DNA of 64,000 nucleotides from Octopus sinensis (Eukaryota), in assembly GCF_006345805.1 (NCBI RefSeq), contig NC_043020.1, positions 29,946,001 to 30,010,000 on the forward strand, in the 5' to 3' direction. Below the pieces are notes generated by a model. The model did not search any database and was not told the DNA's origin. It was given only the letters and a program-made list of their open reading frames with translations. Every line of letters begins with the position of its first letter. Positions within the stretch are counted from its first letter, which is position 1. This document shows, piece after piece, positions 52,218 through 64,000 of the stretch. Position numbers and translations under genes: made by a program.

Positions 52218-53094
52218 ATCTACGAAAATATATGTCAACACAACGCTATCAAGGTAATCCAAATTGGTGAAATTCCAATTGAACATCTGAAAAAATTTCA
52301 ACAGTTAATAAACGCTGACAAAAAAGAAACGCTTAAATCAAATTCAACTTCAGACATTTTGTTTCAACCAGTAGTGACGTCATTAAATTACTAATTTATT
52401 TTATAATAAAAATAAAAATAAAAATGATTATAAATAATTACAAATACCCAACTGAATAAACTTACCATTAATGCCAGTGAACCAATCTTTAATTATCCAG
52501 CGAAGTCATTAATAATTGTATATATTATTTCAATTATTATATAATAAGGTTAATTCCTATATTAAATAAATAAGCAATTAATTATTGTGACGTAAAGTAT
52601 CTAAGATTCTATTAGGCAAACGTAGAATTTTTGTCTGTAGTTTTTATTCTTTCGTCATTCAGTGACGTCATCGATAATTGTATATAAAAATACTAATCTT
52701 TTTTGTGGTACTATTTTAGATTACTTATCTATCTAGGTTCCAAATTGTCAAAAAATATAGAATTAGTATGGTATTTTTTATTTTTTATTTGGATTTCATC
52801 ATTTGTAACTTCACTGTGAAGTTTCCAATAATTGAATTTTTTTTTCTCAAATACGTTTATTTTTTTTATTTTGGGGTTTATTTTTATATTTATTTTTATT
52901 TTTATTATAAAATAAATTAGTAATTCAATGACGTCACTACTGGTCGAAAGAAAATGTCTCAAGTTGAATTTGATTTAAGTTTTTCTTTTTGTTCCAGTTT
53001 ATATTAACTGCTAAAAATTTTTCAGGTGTTCGGTTGGAATTTCGCCAATTTGGATTACCTTGATAACGTTGTGTTGACATATATTTTCGTAGAT
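52218..53094. repeat. Inverted repeat with arms of about 210 bp and a spacer of about 460 bp (foldback/MITE-like)
   Basis: ATCTACGAAAATATATGTCAACAC... versus ...GTGTTGACATATATTTTCGTAGAT. Confidence 0.85.
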
Positions 53095-53099
53095 TGGAT

Positions 53100-53660
53100 A
53101 ATCCAAGAGTGATTGGATTATCTCCAGTTATAACTTGAATTACCTGGGCGAAAGTTCGTTGCACATAATATGCTTTGAATGTAGAAATCACTCCTTGGTC
53201 CATCGGCTGTAGTAAAGAAGTCGTATTTGATGATAGAAATATAACCTTCACATTGCTATTTAAATCATTAAATGAGGTGGGATGCCCAGGGACCTAAAAT
53301 CAAAAGAATTTTGAAATCTAAATTATTATTATTTTTTTTTTGCAATATTTTGCAAATGTGGAACAAAAATGCATATTGAACCATTCTTCAAACAACTGGT
53401 TTGTCACCCAAGCCCTTTTATTCGGTTTCCAAATTACTGAAAGGGATTGCTTGTTAATGCCTTTTAATGTTCTTGGGTTCATTGTACGATTAATTAGCAA
53501 CGGTTTTAATTTGCATTCAACTTTGGCATTACCTCCAAGAAGTGTTAATCTATCCTTATGTGCTTTAGAACCTGGTGTCGTCGCCTCTTTTCTTGTCAGA
53601 AAAGTTCTTGCTGACATTTTTTTCCAGAATAGGCCAGTTTCGTCGACATTGAGGATTTCA
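53100..53660 (-). mobile_element. Tigger/pogo (TIGD1-like) DDE transposase remnant
   Basis: NVDETGLFWKKMSARTF..KDRLTLLGGNA..KLKPLLI..NKRAWVT, and VIFLSSNTTSLLQPMDQGVISTFKAYY; frameshifted. Confidence 0.9.
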
Positions 53661-54027
53661 CGATAATCCTACTACTTTTCTTCCATTATATATGTGCACT
53701 AATGGCCAACCGTACTTAAAGAATAAAATATGACACAAATAAATAAAATTCTTTCAAAAGACACCTATTATTTTTTTTATTTAAAAATTGATCAAAATTT
53801 ACTTTAGTTTGTATATTTTATTTTTATTACAGCGAGACAAAAGATACTAAAAAAAAACAATCAAAGAAGCAGTAAAAAAACCTCGAAATTCGTGGACTGC
53901 TGTTTTAGCTTAGAAAAACGCCAATGACCGAAGATTAGAGTCACGCTTGAAACTCAAAGTACCAAAAAGTTTGAATCAAACTGTCCCCCCCCCTATATAT
54001 ATATATATATATATGCATATATATGTA

Positions 54028-54117
<90 letters not shown>

Positions 54118-54282
54118 TAGATATACATACAATATATAATCATACGCATATGTATAATATATATATATATAATTAATTAATAAGGGTGAGAGAATTAGAT
54201 ACTAATTTAATAGTATTCCGATTCAACACCAAGTGGCCCAGTGCACAGAGAAACCTGGATTATTATAATATTTTATATTATA

Positions 54283-54788
54283 CTAGCAGTATCGCCCGGC
54301 GTTGCTCGGGTTTGTAAGGGAAATAACTATATAAGCATTTTTAGAGAGTTACTTCCCTTATAAATTCGGGCTTTCTTAGCCATTTTTATTTTGGTGTCTT
54401 CAAGCCATGAAGTCGTTGTTCTAAAAGAACGCTGGTTTCCTTCACAACGCATTACGACGTTGATTTATTTACACTCCCTTCCCCACAGCTTCACGAGGGA
54501 GGGAAGGGGGAGAAGCAAACAGGTGCAGCTGTGAGCGTGGACGCCAACTCCGCCGCCATCGACATACGATGCATTTTATGCATTAAAATGGAATAAAAAA
54601 TGATGTTAAATTATTTTTAAAATCGTAGACTCATCGTTGACGCGCGCTAATAGTCAGACGGGCTCGATATGAATCACGACTATAAGATACCCGAATTTGG
54701 TTAAACTGCACCGCAAAATGTGGGAGGAGTTAGGAATCTAAATCGAAGGGGACAGACACTCACACAACTAGAGTTTTATATATATAGA
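54283..54788 (-). mobile_element. Complete non-autonomous Helitron
   Basis: Minus strand starts TCTATATATATAAAAC and ends with hairpin CCCGAGCAACGCCGGG then CTAG; inserted between A and T with no TSD. Confidence 0.85.
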
Positions 54789-56587
54789 TATATATACATA
54801 CACATACATATGCTCACACTCTCACACACACATACATAAGTAAATACATTCAAAATTTCTGTAAGTGACAGATAAGTAATAGATTAAATAGCTTTACGGC
54901 ACGAAACACTTCCATTTACTTTTGATGTTCCATTTACCATCGATGTTGCTGCTATATGTATAGATGCATGTATAAACATATACATACATAAGCGCGCGCG
55001 CGCACATACACAACACACACGAAATGTGTGTGTGAGCAATGATGATGGATTGCAGAAATGTTGAATCCTATAACCGATGTGAGTGGTGTAAGTTGCTGCA
55101 TCAATTCACTTTACCTGTTTTACTGACCAATTACCTGATAAATCCTCAACAGTCTGTCAAAGAAAATGCGCCAAAGACAAAATCGTTAATGACATTCCGA
55201 TATCTTGCTTATCCTAAAATGTTTCAGATGTTTACAACAACAGGGAACTCAAATGCGTTCAGCATCCGCTGGGCCGGCTGTGTTTCGACTGTTTACTCAG
55301 CAACTGATAGAAACGACTTCTTAATGTGTCTACCAAGACCCTGAATAGTTTGTTGCCTGCTGACGTCATCAGTCCCTGAGAAGATCCCCTGTTGTTGTTT
55401 ACAATTACTTTCAAGTCTGAACCCAGTGGTTTCAGGTGCTATGCCCAGGTAGGGAGTTGATTTGTGGGACTCTGCCAATTTCTTGCTACACGTCAGATTC
55501 CCAGTGGATAACCAGCCGGGTAGATGACTGTACATATATATCCTCTTCGAGGATATATATATATATAGTCTCGACCGAGGTGTCTCATTGTTAGCAGTAC
55601 TTAAAAATTTGCTGCAGACACCTCCAGAGGAACACCATCCTTAATTTTCAGTTGATTCATGCCTTTAATAGCATTCGGTATTATTTCGTTGTGACTTTCT
55701 GGCTGCTTATAATTTGGCGAATGGTAGGATTTGATAGAATGAAATAAGGTGCACTTGTCACAATGACTGAGCGGTGACTCAGAACGGATGCATTGAAGGG
55801 TGCCATCAGCACAGACTTAAAGTGAATGCTTTGAAAGGTGCGGTCGGCGGTGACACGAAGTGAACGTATTCAAACGTGCAGCCAGCGGCGATTCAAAGTG
55901 AATGCATTCAAGCGTGCTGCAGTTGTAAAACCACTGTCGTAAACAACGAATGTCAGACCACAACGCAATACTTTTTTTCAACGGAAATAGAAACGAAAAT
56001 CTGGCAATTATATTCAGAACTGTTAATAGACAATGGTTTGTAGTTGATTGAGCCGAAACCTTTTGTTTAATCATACTAATGCCAAAAACGCTTGAAATCT
56101 GAGGAATATTTAATAACGTGTCCTCTTGTTTCAAGTTTTTTAAAAAAACCTTGGTTTACATTTTCTACGAACGATTTGAAGAACTACCGAACAATTTGAA
56201 ATGCTACTTCTATAAGCGAATATGGTAAAAATTATGCCGTTATACACGATAGTACTTACATATCTTCCTACACTGGTTTCCTTGGCGTATAAGTAACCGA
56301 GATCACAGCATTCTTTCTGAATGGGACGCCGGGTCCGTTACAGGGTCCAAGACCAGCAATTTTGAGAGAAAGGGAAAGTTGGTTACATCGACCCCAGTAT
56401 TTGACCTGTACTTTATTTTAGCGACCTCTAACAGATGAAATGCAAAGTTGAACTTGAAACGTAAAGAACCGGAAAAAATACTGCTAAGCATTTTGTCCGA
56501 TACGCTAATGATTCTGCCAGATCGCCACCTTTTTTCAGGACTACACGCTTTTATTTTTTTAAATTAGGGTTACTTGATAATTTAGAG

Positions 56588-57303
56588 CAGTGATTCTCAA
56601 CCGGAGTCCATACAAGATTTTGCTGGGGTCCACATAAAACCTCCTTGGGGTCTACATAAGATTTTGCTGTTTAGGGCGGCGAGCTGGCAGAATCGTTAGC
56701 ACGCCGGGCGAAATGCTTAGCGGTATTTCGTCTGTCTTTATATTCTGAGTTCAGATTCCGCAGAGGTCGATTTTACCTTTATCCTTTCGGGGTCGATAAA
56801 TTAAGTACTAGTTACGCACTGGGGTCGATTTTACCTTTATCCTTTCGGGGTCGATAAATTAAGTACTAGTTACGCACTGGGGTCGATGTAATCGATTTAA
56901 TCCGTTTGTCTGTTCTTAATTGTCCTCTCTGTGTTTAACCCCTTGTGCGTAGTAAAGAAATAGGTATTTCGTCTGCAGCTACGTACTGAGTTCAAATTCC
57001 GCCGAGGTCGACTTTGCCTTTCATCCTTTCAGGGTCGATTAAATAAGTACCAGTTACGCACTGGGGTCGATGTAATCTACTTAAACCCTTTGTTTGTCCC
57101 CTCTGTGTTTATCCCCATGTGGGCAATAAAGAAATATACATACGATTTTGCTGTTAAAATCTACGATTTACAAAATATTTGAACATTTTTTTGAAATATA
57201 ATGCCTAATAATATTGAATGGTTTTGAGGGTCCAGTAGAGTAAGATAGGAATCGAAGAAGGGTCCATAGGTAAAAAAAAAGGGGGGGGGGGTGAGAACCC
57301 CTG
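56588..57303. mobile_element. hAT MITE of the same family in the opposite orientation, with a nested SINE
   Basis: TIRs CAGTGATTCTCAAC ... GTGAGAACCCCTG; the nested SINE is flanked by duplicated GATTTTGCTGTT. Confidence 0.75.
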
Positions 57304-60019
57304 CTTTGGAAGGACCACGATCTGCTATTTTACTATTCTATTTGGAAATTTATATCAATATTTTTGGCTCTTCAGTAAAGTTTATAAGAATAAATAAAAG
57401 TGGTTTTGTCATATTCATGTCGTATGAATGTGCAACCTTGCAGTTGCCATAATTACTACACAACTTAATGACTTGTACATTAATTGACCAATGTCGTTCG
57501 TATAATTAATGCATAAATCAGGAAGAGTGAGTAAAGTGGAATTCTACAAACTTCTACTTTCCATTGAAATTTATTGCATTCGTAATCATTTATTACTGAT
57601 TACATTGTAAAACAGCTTCTGTGGCGCTACCAATTATATTCCATATTCAGCAGAAATTGTTCGAGCAATCATTACACGAGTGCATCAATATTTTAAAATA
57701 TTTTCTCCATAAATTCAATACAAAGATTCAGTAGTATTTAAAGTTAATTTGAACCTCAAAATATTTTGGAAATTATAACATCTCAATGCATCGTAATGGC
57801 ATTCACGTGTGATAGAAAATTATTGAATCCACGAAGGAAACTTTTTGTTGACAAACACTTTTAGTGTTTGGCTACCGTTTATCTCTGAGTAAAAGATACA
57901 ATAATGTTGATGTAATAGGTGTTTATTAAAAAATTACTCTAGCGCTTCTATGCTATTTTAAAGATAGCAGGTTGACCAGTTTTTAAAAGTGTATCTCTCT
58001 TTATTAAGACGGAATTGTAGGATGTTTAGCTACTGTTTTTAGCATGTTGAGCGAACATTTAAACTTTCCAAGATGTAATAAAATGAAGAGATATCTGAAC
58101 AAACCAAAGATTTTCATAATAAATGTCAATTATTCCAAAACGATACTCATTTTATACAATTAGCAGAATGCGATTAACGGCGGCTTTAAAAGTCTTCGTT
58201 AACAAATTCTCAATTTTTAAATGAAGCGAGAGAGTGAAACCCGAACCCGTCACCACTCTGTCGGCTGACCGACTTCACTCTGAGAATCCATATTGATTTC
58301 ACGTTTTGGCACAAAGCCAGCAGTTTCGGGGGAGGAGATAGGTCAGTTATATCTACCCCAGTGTTCAACTGGTACTTATTTTGTCGACCTCGAAAGGATG
58401 AAAAGCAAAGCTAACCTCGGCGCCATTTGAACTTAGAACGTAACGACGGACGAAATGCCGTTAGGTATTTTGTTCGGCCTGCGAACGATTCTGCCAGCTT
58501 TCTGCCTGACTCTGAGAATTAATATTAAAATTGCTTTTTCAATGACAGCAGAATAAATTTCAAATGTTTGTGGTGCTAATAATTCTCTCTAAATGTTAAT
58601 GAATTCAAGGAATCCAAAATTGATTCGCTGCACTCTCTCTATTTAGCATGTTCTTATGTTGCTGGAAAATTAGCTTCTGACATGGAATATCCATTAAGAA
58701 ATACTTCCACCTGGTTCTACAAGAGAAAGCTGGGAACAGAATCTTGTATGGACATACAGGAACTAATCAACGATGTTGAGGAACCATTGGTCATCCTTTC
58801 TACTATAGACAGAAGGCCTGAAAATTGGGGGGCAGGTGACTAGTGTTTCACTGGTGCTTAATATATCGAACCCGAAAGAATGAAAGCAAAGTCGATCTCG
58901 GCGGAATTTCGAGGAACCATTGATAATGATTCTACTTCCGGCCGGAAGATTGCCAGTCTACATCTGTTACTTGGTACAGTCATAAGACTGTGGTCATGCT
59001 GCAGCACCGCCTAGAAAGGTTGAATCGAACAAATTGACCAAAGTTAAACCAAAGTACTTATTTTTTAAAGTCTGCTAATTATTATATTGGTCTCTTTTGC
59101 CGAACCGCTAACTCACTGGAACGTAAACAAAAAGACACCGTTTGTCAAGCGGGTGGGTAGAACACCTAGAGAGGCGCGCGCGCGCGCACACACACACACA
59201 GGTTTCCTTACATTTGCATCTACCACATTCAAGAATTTAAAAATTCATTATTAAAAAAAAATATAAAAAATAAAGAAAAGGCAAATCACCAAAGTGTTTA
59301 AGTCTTTAAATTTCCTGTACTCACGTATGAATCCTTATATGAATCCTCAAACATTTTTCGACATTGACTCAGTTACTCGCAAAGGGAAATTGCTTTGGGT
59401 CTGAGTTCTCTAACATTTTGACCAGTATAATTTCATCAGAAAGAATCTTCCACGGACAAAGAAACGATGTACAAAAATGGTGCCTAATATTTTAAAGACA
59501 GGCGAAAAAAGAATTTTCTTTACATTGATGAATCTAAAATTGGTGAAAAAGAAAACTCGCTTCACGCTGATATTTTTTTTTTTTTTTTTTAAGGCGGCGA
59601 GCTGGCAGAAACGTTAGCACGCCTGGCGAAATGCTTAGCAGTATTTCGTCTATCGCTATGTTCTGAGTTCAAATTCCGCCGAGGTCGACTTTGCCTTTCA
59701 TCCTTTCGGGATCGATAAATTAAATTCCAGTTACGCACTGGGTTCGATATAATCGATTTAATCCGTTTGTCTGTCCTTGTTTGTCCTCTCCGTGTTTAGC
59801 ATATATACATATATGTACATATATATATATTTATATATATTTGAGTAGTAGAATGAATTATCTTGTTATGGATAATTCGGTTAACCGATACCTGGGTAGC
59901 AAATTCACATCAGAGAAGACTCGTTTGAAGTTACGTGCTTTCGTGTGGAAATTTGTATGTTTTTAAAAAAAAATATATGAGAGAATGAAGTTGAACGACG
60001 AATTAACAAAATTCCTTTA

Positions 60020-60102
60020 TTTTCGACATATGTTTCGAAGGCTGCATATTCCTAATTGCGAAGGAATAAGGAGTATATTATGCCGCTTTCTCATCAGGAA
60101 AA
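60020..60102 (-). ncRNA. Type I hammerhead ribozyme motif, left arm of inverted repeat
   Basis: TTTTC-CTGATGA-GAAAGC..GCCTTC-GAAAC-ATAT-GTC-GAAAA. Confidence 0.72.
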
Positions 60103-60212
60103 GCAAGGAACTTATGTCAACATCAAGATGCACAAAAAACTTTTAGACTCATTATCGCTATGGGCTCCGTGTGAGCAGTCATCTAAAAGTTTTTTGTGCA
60201 TCTTGATGTTGA

Positions 60213-60294
60213 TATCCTGATGAGAAAGCGGGATAATATACTCCTTATTCCTTCGCAATTAGGAATATGCAGCCTTCGAAACATATGTCGAAAA
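60213..60294 (+). ncRNA. Type I hammerhead motif, right arm (stem I weakened)
   Basis: TC-CTGATGA-GAAAGC..GCCTTC-GAAAC-ATAT-GTC-GA; only 2 bp of stem I are certain. Confidence 0.55.
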
Positions 60295-60335
60295 TAAAGG
60301 AATTTTGTTAATTCGTCGTTCAACTCCATTCTCTC

Positions 60336-60366
<31 letters not shown>

Positions 60367-60372
60367 CGCATA

Positions 60373-60696
60373 GAGGAATTTACCCTTATTGAGACCCCCT
60401 TCGGTCATGACTGACCGTGGAATTGCACCTAAAAAGTTACCCTCCCAGGCACAAGTCTGGGCAAGGTTGTTTATGGAAGACCAGCAGTCGCCCATGCATA
60501 ACCGGCCGCCTTTCTCCACGCCACCATTGTTACAGCTTGGCACCTGTGACGTCGCAACTTATTTCTACAGCTGAGTGAACTGGAGCAATGTGAAATATAG
60601 TGTCTTGCTCAAGAACACAACACGCAGCCCGGTCCCGGATTCGAACTCACAAGCTCACGATCGTAAGCTCGACGCTCTAACCACTGAGCCATGCGC
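60373..60696 (-). mobile_element. tRNA-Arg-derived CORE-type SINE (family D)
   Basis: Head GCGCATGGCTCAGTGGTTAGAGCG..TTACGAT..GAGTTCGAATCC, then the CORE-like TTGTGTTCTTGAGCAAGACAC; older copies at about 25945(+) and 35030(-). Confidence 0.8.
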
Positions 60697-60754
60697 ATTC
60701 ACATATAGATATACATATAAAGTTCCCTTATATGCATATGTATATATATGTACA

Positions 60755-60837
<83 letters not shown>

Positions 60838-61296
60838 ACATACATACATACATACATACATACATACATACATACATACATACATACATACATACATACG
60901 TGTGTATACGTGTGTGCGCATGCGTGTGGGCAGGGACGTTTGGCAGCGGGTGTCCTTTAATAGTCAAATATTCAGCATATCTCGTCTGCTTGCTTCCTTG
61001 ATGAAGACACAACGCACCTCCTTAAGCTGTTGAATAATTTTATCTCCATACATTCGGATAATTTTAATCTTGTTTCGGAAAAAAAATATCTGCTGAGTTT
61101 GTTTGTTTGCGGAAGAGCCACCATTTTAATCATCATCAGCAGGTGTCTGGCATCGGAGGTGTTAAAAAGAAGCGATTTATTCTTGGATGAACGTGAGAAT
61201 CGCTTTCTTTATAACACCTTTTTCTTGGAAAATGACTTGGTTTCCAATTCCTTCACACTCCGACTTTCCATTTCCTGTAAGCGTCATACTTTTGTC

Positions 61297-61888
61297 ATGT
61301 ATGTATGTATGTATGTATGTATGTATGTTTGAATGTATGTATGTATGTATGTATGTATGTATGTATGTATGTATGTATGTATGTATGTATGTATGTTGTA
61401 TGTATGTATGAATGTATGTATGTATGTATGAATGTATGTATGTATGAATGTATGCATGCATGCATGTATGTTTGCATGTATGTATGTATGTTATGTATGT
61501 ATGTATGATGTATGTATGTATGTATGCATGCATGTGTTTGCATGTATGTATGTATGTATGTATGTATGTGTGCGTGTATGTATGTATGTATGTATGTATG
61601 TATTTATGTGTGCGTGTATGTATGTATGTATGTATGTATGTATGTATGTATGTATGATGTATGTATGTGTGCGTGTATGTATGTATGTATGTATGTATGT
61701 ATGTATGTATGTATGTATGTATGTATGTATGTGTGCGTGTATGTATGTATGTATGTATGTATGTATGTGTGCGTGTATGTATGTATGTATGTATGTATGT
61801 ATGTATGTGTGCGTGTATGTATGTATGTATGTATGTATGTATGTATGTATGTATGCATGTATGTATGTATGTATGTATGTATGTATGT
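61297..61888. repeat. Long (TATG)n microsatellite
   Basis: Direct observation; source of the MYVC/HTYI pseudo-ORFs; related (TATC)n/(TACA)n at 60756-60899. Confidence 0.97.
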
Positions 61889-63001
61889 TATGCCAGGTCA
61901 CTTTCGAGTGCCACTGGTAACATGTAACCCAGTACAACCTGTTGAATGGTCGGGTCGTCGTCGACTAAACCGGCAACCCCACCAAGCTTGCTTGGTGAGG
62001 AGGGTGTTTATTGGACACCCTGCAGGATGAAAAACAAAACTTGTCAAAGGGCGGAGGAACTTTTGAGAGTCAACGGCCATCCAATAAATGTCTTAAGGCT
62101 GTATCATGCGCGGGGACATAGAAATAATCGGACTGAATACCCGATCGCACGGTTAAACCATTGGGAGTGAAGGACTCCTAGCCTTTGTTAGGGAAAGGTA
62201 ACTCAGGTAACTGGGATAACTCCGACATAAAACCTGCGGCTCAGTGGTTACCGATGATGTTGACTTGTTCTTCTTTTCGGATTATGGCCGCTGTTGATTA
62301 GTGAGTGGGATTGACTCAGTGCACAGCCTTTCCTCACTTTATAAAATCTTCTTGCACAGGCATTGCACGATAACGACATTGATTAAGCTTAGTGCAATGG
62401 CCATACTCGATAACGAGGGGGCAGCCACCATGTATGTATGTATGTATGTATGTATGTATGTATGTATGTATGTATGTATGTATATGTATGTGTATGTCTT
62501 TGTGTTTTTCTTTTTGTGTATTTCCTGTTGTCCACCGCTTGACAACCGGTGTTGGCTTCTTTACGTCACCGTAACTTAGTGGTTCGGCAAAAGAAACCCA
62601 TGAATAATTACAAGACATTAAAAAATAAGCACTGGGGGTGATTTACTCGACTTGACCCTTCAAGGCAGTGTCCCAATATGGCCGTAGTCCAATGACTGAA
62701 AGAAGTAAAATATAAAAATACGCCTTCTAATCGATCAAGGATGGCCTTGACTTAAACAACAACAACAACAATAACAATGATAGCCAATAGATTGATTGAA
62801 ATTAATCGATTACAGTCGTTCAAAGCAATCAAACTGTCGATAGATTTTGCACCGATCGATTTCTATGGAGCCTTATTTTGTGTTGTAAAAGAAACAATAT
62901 TCCGAATGAAGTGGAACAAGAATAAAACGGAAAACGGGATTACGACATTCCGACCCCCCCTCATTGATCGGAAAAGTTCTGCTAAGGATCACTTCTTTTA
63001 G

Positions 63002-63037
<36 letters not shown>

Positions 63038-63114
63038 TATCATTATTATTTTTATTATTATTATTAGACTTCTTCAATTATTGGAGTGTGGCTATGCCGG
63101 TGGTGTTGGTGTTG

Positions 63115-63146
<32 letters not shown>

Positions 63147-63457
63147 GGTGGAAGAAATCGTTGCCAAGGTTTATTTTAGGTGATTACATCGATCTAAATA
63201 TCTATTTCTGTCTGGTACTTGTTTTATCGATCTCTGTTCATCGAACAGCTTTAATGAAAAGTTATACTTTTAACGTAAAGGGAAGCAACTGGACTTATCA
63301 TCTTACATGGTTAAAAAAAACACCAGATACGTGCATGCGCACATATGCATATCTACCTACCTACCTACTTACCTACCTACATACATACAGTCTGACAGAC
63401 AGACGAATAGATGGATACACACGAACACACACATATATGTATTTATGTAGATATATC

Positions 63458-63492
<35 letters not shown>

Positions 63493-63589
63493 CGTGTTTC
63501 GTCTTGAATCAAACGTTTTCATGGCTACCTTGAAGGACTCGTAATCTTGTCATATACATACATACATATATATGTATATATATATATAC

Positions 63590-63666
<77 letters not shown>

Positions 63667-63755
63667 TTCTCTAAAATTTCTTTAAACAGTCACTTCCGCT
63701 TGCAGTGGTATGTTTTAGGCAAAGATGAATTTATAAAAAAAATTCTTTCTGCGAG

Positions 63756-63958
63756 CAGATCTGATTGTGATTCGTTAACAAATTGATGACGTTTTTCTTC
63801 CGTGGTCAAGCTTGTCGTTCTGCTTGGTTGGTTTCCTTACAGGATACAATTATGGGTCAGATCTGATTTTGATTCGTTAAAAAATTGATGACGTTTTTCT
63901 TCCATGGTCAAGCTTGTCGTTCTGCTTGGTTGGTTTCCTTACAGGATACCGTTATGGA
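63756..63958. repeat. Tandem duplication, unit about 102 bp x2
   Basis: CAGATCTGATT.TGATTCGTTAA...CCTTACAGGATAC occurs twice. Confidence 0.9.
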
Positions 63959-64000
63959 TCTTTTCCTTGTATTCGTTGAAGTTTGGTTTTGATTGGTTTG

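Larger units (their letters stand above)
59974..60340. repeat. Long near-perfect inverted repeat (arms about 160-170 bp, 34-nt spacer)
   Basis: 59974-60147 is the reverse complement of 60182-60340 apart from a short indel and a few substitutions. Confidence 0.95.

Noticed and set aside
60575-62030. Many MYVC/HTYI/IYLS ORFs (also CV/HT/IY ORFs elsewhere)
   Set aside because: Translations of microsatellites
63756-63958. 102-bp tandem unit as a 34-aa coding repeat
   Set aside because: Stops in all three minus-strand frames and no plus-strand ORF in the track

Overview
AT-rich, microsatellite- and SINE-dense animal DNA, most likely an octopus genome (inferred from the repeat families). The one clear protein-coding gene is an intact minus-strand MORC3/4-like gene (GHKL ATPase + S5 fold + CW zinc finger + coiled coils). 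I traced 16 exons from 40457 down to the stop at 12998. All have GT-AG ends and matching phases, and they total 2595 nt (864 aa + stop). The N-terminal exon(s) are uncertain and probably lie near a CpG-rich promoter at about 46.4-47.2 kb. The rest is repeats: four SINE-like families, mariner, Tigger, Gypsy and RTE remnants, a complete non-autonomous Helitron, hAT and piggyBac-like MITEs, a D-arm-deleted tRNA-Asp pseudogene and a 100-N gap. Most six-frame ORFs are microsatellite artefacts. Two signals stand out. (1) A cluster of candidate cassette exons (15-nt and 27-nt in-frame microexons, 64-nt and 67-nt poison exons) sits exactly in the ATPase-CW linker of MORC3. (2) Several type I hammerhead ribozyme motifs lie in Penelope-like repeats, including an inverted repeat with a hammerhead on each strand. 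All coordinates were read by eye.
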